DNA from: a virus
Virus record (IMG/VR): IMGVR_UViG_3300045988_100685
Strand: one strand, 5' to 3'
DNA length: 43,512 bases
The notes beneath the pieces were generated by a model. The model had not been told where the DNA came from. It searched no databases and worked only from the letters and a program-made list of their open reading frames with translations. Position numbers and translations under genes: made by a program. Below, one piece after another: positions 41,486 through 43,512 of the stretch; position 1 is the first letter of the stretch, and the number at the start of each line of letters is the position of its first letter.

Positions 41486-41708
41486 GAGTTTTCAACTTTT
41501 CAACAAACTTTCAACAACCTAAAATTTGGGCTTGAACTGAGTTTTCAACTTTTCAACATTTTTTCAACATAGTTTTCAACAAGTTTTCAACATTTTTATT
41601 ATTTTGTAGGTTTAAGAAAATTAAAAAAACTTTAGTTCGGCAAAAATAAATTTTAGGGAGAATAAATGTAGGTTTATATAAACCGATTTCCCGAAAAGTT
41701 TTCAACAT
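41486..41708 (+). repeat. Array of nine direct TTTCAAC(A) motifs between the HTH-TM gene and int
   Basis: TTCAAC starts at 41491, 41499, 41510, 41544, 41552, 41563, 41575, 41586 and 41701. Five copies are extended to AGTTTTCAAC. The 20-mer GAGTTTTCAACTTTTCAACA occurs twice. Confidence 0.85.
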
Positions 41709-41764
41709 ATACTACTACTACTACTAAATTATTATATTATATATAGCGATTTAAGTGAATTTTT

Positions 41765-42130
41765 TTAATATCTTACCCATCCCACACCGGGAAGGATTAT
41801 ATCTAACGCAACAAAAATTAAAAGAAACGCCATAACAGCACAGGTGAAGATTAAGACGCGCTTAAACTGCCGGCGCTCGTGGGCTATGTCCTCGTGGCAC
41901 TGGTCAATCAGCTCGTCGCGATAATTTATCTTGTGAGATATTCCCGCGATTACATCGAGAGAACCACCCATTACAGAAACAAGCCTTGCAACGGTGGCAA
42001 AGGACGGGTCGGCTGTTTCGCCTGTCAAAATACGGCTAAGAGTGCTTTCCGACACATCGGCACGCTGTGCAATCTCTTTTGCGGTGAGATTTGCGGCTGC
42101 TTTTAATGTTGATAAATCTTCCGATAACAT
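41765..42130 (-). CDS. XRE-type HTH protein with C-terminal transmembrane anchor
   Basis: N-terminus LTAKEIAQRADVSESTLSRILTGETADPSFATVARLV is HTH_3-like. The C-terminus VLIFTCAVMAFLLIFVALDIILPGV is a TM helix. SD aggggg lies upstream. Confidence 0.75.
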   Translation of the reverse strand: MLSEDLSTLKAAANLTAKEIAQRADVSESTLSRILTGETADPSFATVARLVSVMGGSLDVIAGISHKINYRDELIDQCHEDIAHERRQFKRVLIFTCAVMAFLLIFVALDIILPGVGWVRY

Positions 42131-42415
42131 AAAAATACCCCCTATTCCAATATTTCAATTTTTACTTACAAAAATTGCATAAAAAACGGCAGAATTCCAA
42201 ATTTGCCGATTGCATTGCATTGCGGTTTGTCGTAGGCTTTAATTGCAAGCCGGAACACCGGACAAGCCGCCGAAAATATCTTCCGCAGCCGTCGGCGGCT
42301 GCACGCACGGCACGGACGCCCGGAGCGGGCAGACAGGAGGATATACATATGATGAAAAAGACAGAAAAAAACTTTTTGAGATTTTGCGAGAAGCACAAAG
42401 ACCTTAAAGCGGAAA

Positions 42416-42790
42416 TCACTCTTTCGGCAGATATGAGCGAACGACAGCCTCCAGCGCATCGAGCTGCTCGGGCGAAAGGCGCTCCATATCCGCAAAAAGA
42501 TTCTGCACCTGCGGCGGCAGGCTACTAAAAAACGCAAGCAATTTTTTATCATTTTCGGACAGCTCGCCGTTTTCGGCGGGCTTTTCTTTTATGTCCGTCT
42601 CTCCGCGCAAATACTCCGGCGTGGTGCCGAGAATATCGGCGATTTGTGCGAGGCGGTCGGGCTTTAGGGTGTTTTTGCCGCGAGCAATGTCTGTTAGATA
42701 ATTGTTTGCAACTCCGATTTGAGCGCAAATATAACTTAGCGACCGTTTTTGTTCTTTTGCGAGTTCTTTTATTCTATCAATTTCGCACAT
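42416..42790 (-). CDS. XRE-family HTH repressor (CI-like)
   Basis: RSLSYICAQIGVANNYLTDIARGKNTLKPDRLAQIADILGTTPEYL is a canonical HTH_3 domain. The gene is divergent from the early rightward promoter. Confidence 0.8.
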   Translation of the reverse strand: MCEIDRIKELAKEQKRSLSYICAQIGVANNYLTDIARGKNTLKPDRLAQIADILGTTPEYLRGETDIKEKPAENGELSENDKKLLAFFSSLPPQVQNLFADMERLSPEQLDALEAVVRSYLPKE

Positions 42791-42833
42791 ACAATCCGCT
42801 CCTTTCCAACAAAAGTTTGTGCATTGCTACAAT

Positions 42834-42848
42834 CTCGAACTTTTCGAG
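42834..42848. promoter_or_regulatory. Operator-like palindrome O1
   Basis: CTCGAA-ctt-TTCGAG, located 44 nt upstream of the repressor start. Confidence 0.6.
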
Positions 42849-42868
42849 GGGAAAATCCTAAAAAGCTA

Positions 42869-42897
42869 TTGCTTTCTCGAATAATTCGAGATATACT
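42869..42897 (+). promoter_or_regulatory. Rightward early promoter with operator O2 filling the spacer
   Basis: TTGCTT (42869-42874), the 17-nt spacer TCTCGAAtaaTTCGAGA (a perfect palindrome, 42875-42891), and TATACT (42892-42897). Confidence 0.7.
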
Positions 42898-43049
42898 AAG
42901 AGCACAGAAGCAAAAAGCAAGGCAAAAGAGGGCAAAGCAAAACAAAAGAGTGCTCAATAAACAAATACAAATATAAAGTAGCACAAAACAAGGCATTTGT
43001 CAACTTTTGAGAGCATTTTGCGACCTAAAAATAAAGGAGGACAAATTTA

Positions 43050-43512
43050 ATGAAAGGCTACAAGGCATTTGACAAGGGGCTTGTGTGCCGCGGAAAGCAG
43101 TATGCGGAGAACACGGTCTTTGAGGAGGACGAATCGGTTATTTGCAAAAATGGTATGCACTTTTGCGCAGAGCCGATGGACGTGCTGGATTTTTACCCGC
43201 CGGAGAGCGAGTTCGCCGAGGTGGAAGCCTTGGACGAAGTGGAAACCGACGATAACAGAAAGTATGTGACAAAAAAGCTTAAAGTTGGGTCGAAGATGAG
43301 CCTGAACGAGCTTATAAGCGCACAGGTCAAAATTGACCTTCAAAAAGCGAAAGAGGAAGGCAACGGCGGTTACGCACAGGGCTACAAAGGACACGCCGCC
43401 GCGCAGGGTAACGAGGGTCACGCCGCCGCGCAGGGTAACTATGGTCACGCCGCCGCGCAGGGCTACAAAGGACACGCCGCCGCGCAGGGTAACGAGGGTC
43501 ACGCCGCCGCGC
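43050..43512 (+). CDS. 5' part of the repeat-containing early protein (continues at nt 1 after circularisation; about 252 aa in total)
   Basis: SD aaggagg (43034-43040) with ATG at 43050. The N-terminus MKGYKAFDKGLVCRGKQYAENTVFEEDESVICKNGMHFC resembles a widespread phage family of unknown function. It is followed by G-x-x-G-H-A-A-A-Q nonapeptide repeats, and there is no stop before the window end. Confidence 0.8.
   Translation, partial: MKGYKAFDKGLVCRGKQYAENTVFEEDESVICKNGMHFCAEPMDVLDFYPPESEFAEVEALDEVETDDNRKYVTKKLKVGSKMSLNELISAQVKIDLQKAKEEGNGGYAQGYKGHAAAQGNEGHAAAQGNYGHAAAQGYKGHAAAQGNEGHAAA
43365..43512 (+). repeat. 27-bp tandem repeats (continue at nt 1-118)
   Basis: Units ggctacaaaggacacgccgccgcgcag / ggtaacgagggtcacgccgccgcgcag / ggtaactatggtcacgccgccgcgcag lie head to tail. 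Confidence 0.9.

Larger units (their letters stand above)
1..43512. mobile_element. Complete temperate phage genome, circularly permuted in this window (unit length about 43,465 bp)
   Basis: nt 43466-43512 are identical to nt 1-47. The window holds a full set of phage modules (recombination/replication, terminase, portal, capsid, fibres, lysis, integrase, repressors, attP-like site) and no flanking host genes. Confidence 0.85.

Noticed and set aside
42162-42419. 85-aa - strand ORF with a lipoprotein-like start (KKFFSVFFIICISSC)
   Set aside because: After the first 30 residues the product is Arg/Cys-rich and nonsense-like. It has no SD and overlaps the structured gap. The region is kept only as part of the gap finding.

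Overview
The window appears to be one complete temperate phage genome, circularly permuted. The last 47 nt (43466-43512) are identical to nt 1-47, and the reading frame of the gene cut by the window edge is continuous across that junction. This gives a unit length of about 43,465 bp. GGAGG-type ribosome-binding sites, a phage-encoded Prp protease, XhlA/phiLC3-type lysis genes and XRE repressors point to a Firmicutes (probably Clostridia) host.

Gene order on the + strand:
- Early, recombination and replication genes: Bro-N/KilAC antirepressor, YqaJ exonuclease, HNH endonuclease, RecT, replisome organizer, SSB, RusA.
- Packaging and head genes: TerS, TerL, portal, Prp protease, scaffold, major capsid.
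- A podovirus-like tail/ejection block with no recognisable tube, sheath or tape-measure chaperone genes. It holds an S74 tail fibre and a 3,089-aa polyvalent-type giant protein.
- Two collagen-like fibre cassettes, a GT2-TPR glycosyltransferase, and a lysis cassette (XhlA-like protein, holin, M23 endolysin).
- A four-gene accessory cluster, then attP with a tRNA 3'-end-like core.

On the - strand lie a tyrosine integrase and two XRE-type HTH genes. A divergent operator/promoter region faces the rightward early operon.

Most interesting observations:
1. A promoter-to-terminator RNA gene (33639-33830) between fibre genes. Its core mimics a type I-C CRISPR repeat (GTC, hairpin, GTGGATTGAAAT), with no array and no cas genes. 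It is a candidate RNA anti-CRISPR or crRNA mimic.
2. The giant virion protein carries HExxH-metallopeptidase-like and ADP-ribosyltransferase-like segments.
3. A protein-like, SD-led 85-codon ORF sits in another frame inside a low-complexity linker of the giant gene.
4. Both scaffold and capsid, and possibly portal, carry an L27-like LQxF/A cleavage motif at residues 9-13, matching the phage-encoded Prp protease.
5. Several strongly over-represented motif arrays are present: GCGGGGGTAGA terminator family, GAGCAC array at the terS/terL junction, TTTCAAC array upstream of int, and phased repeats inside the replisome organizer gene.

All family assignments come from motif recognition by eye. No searches were run.
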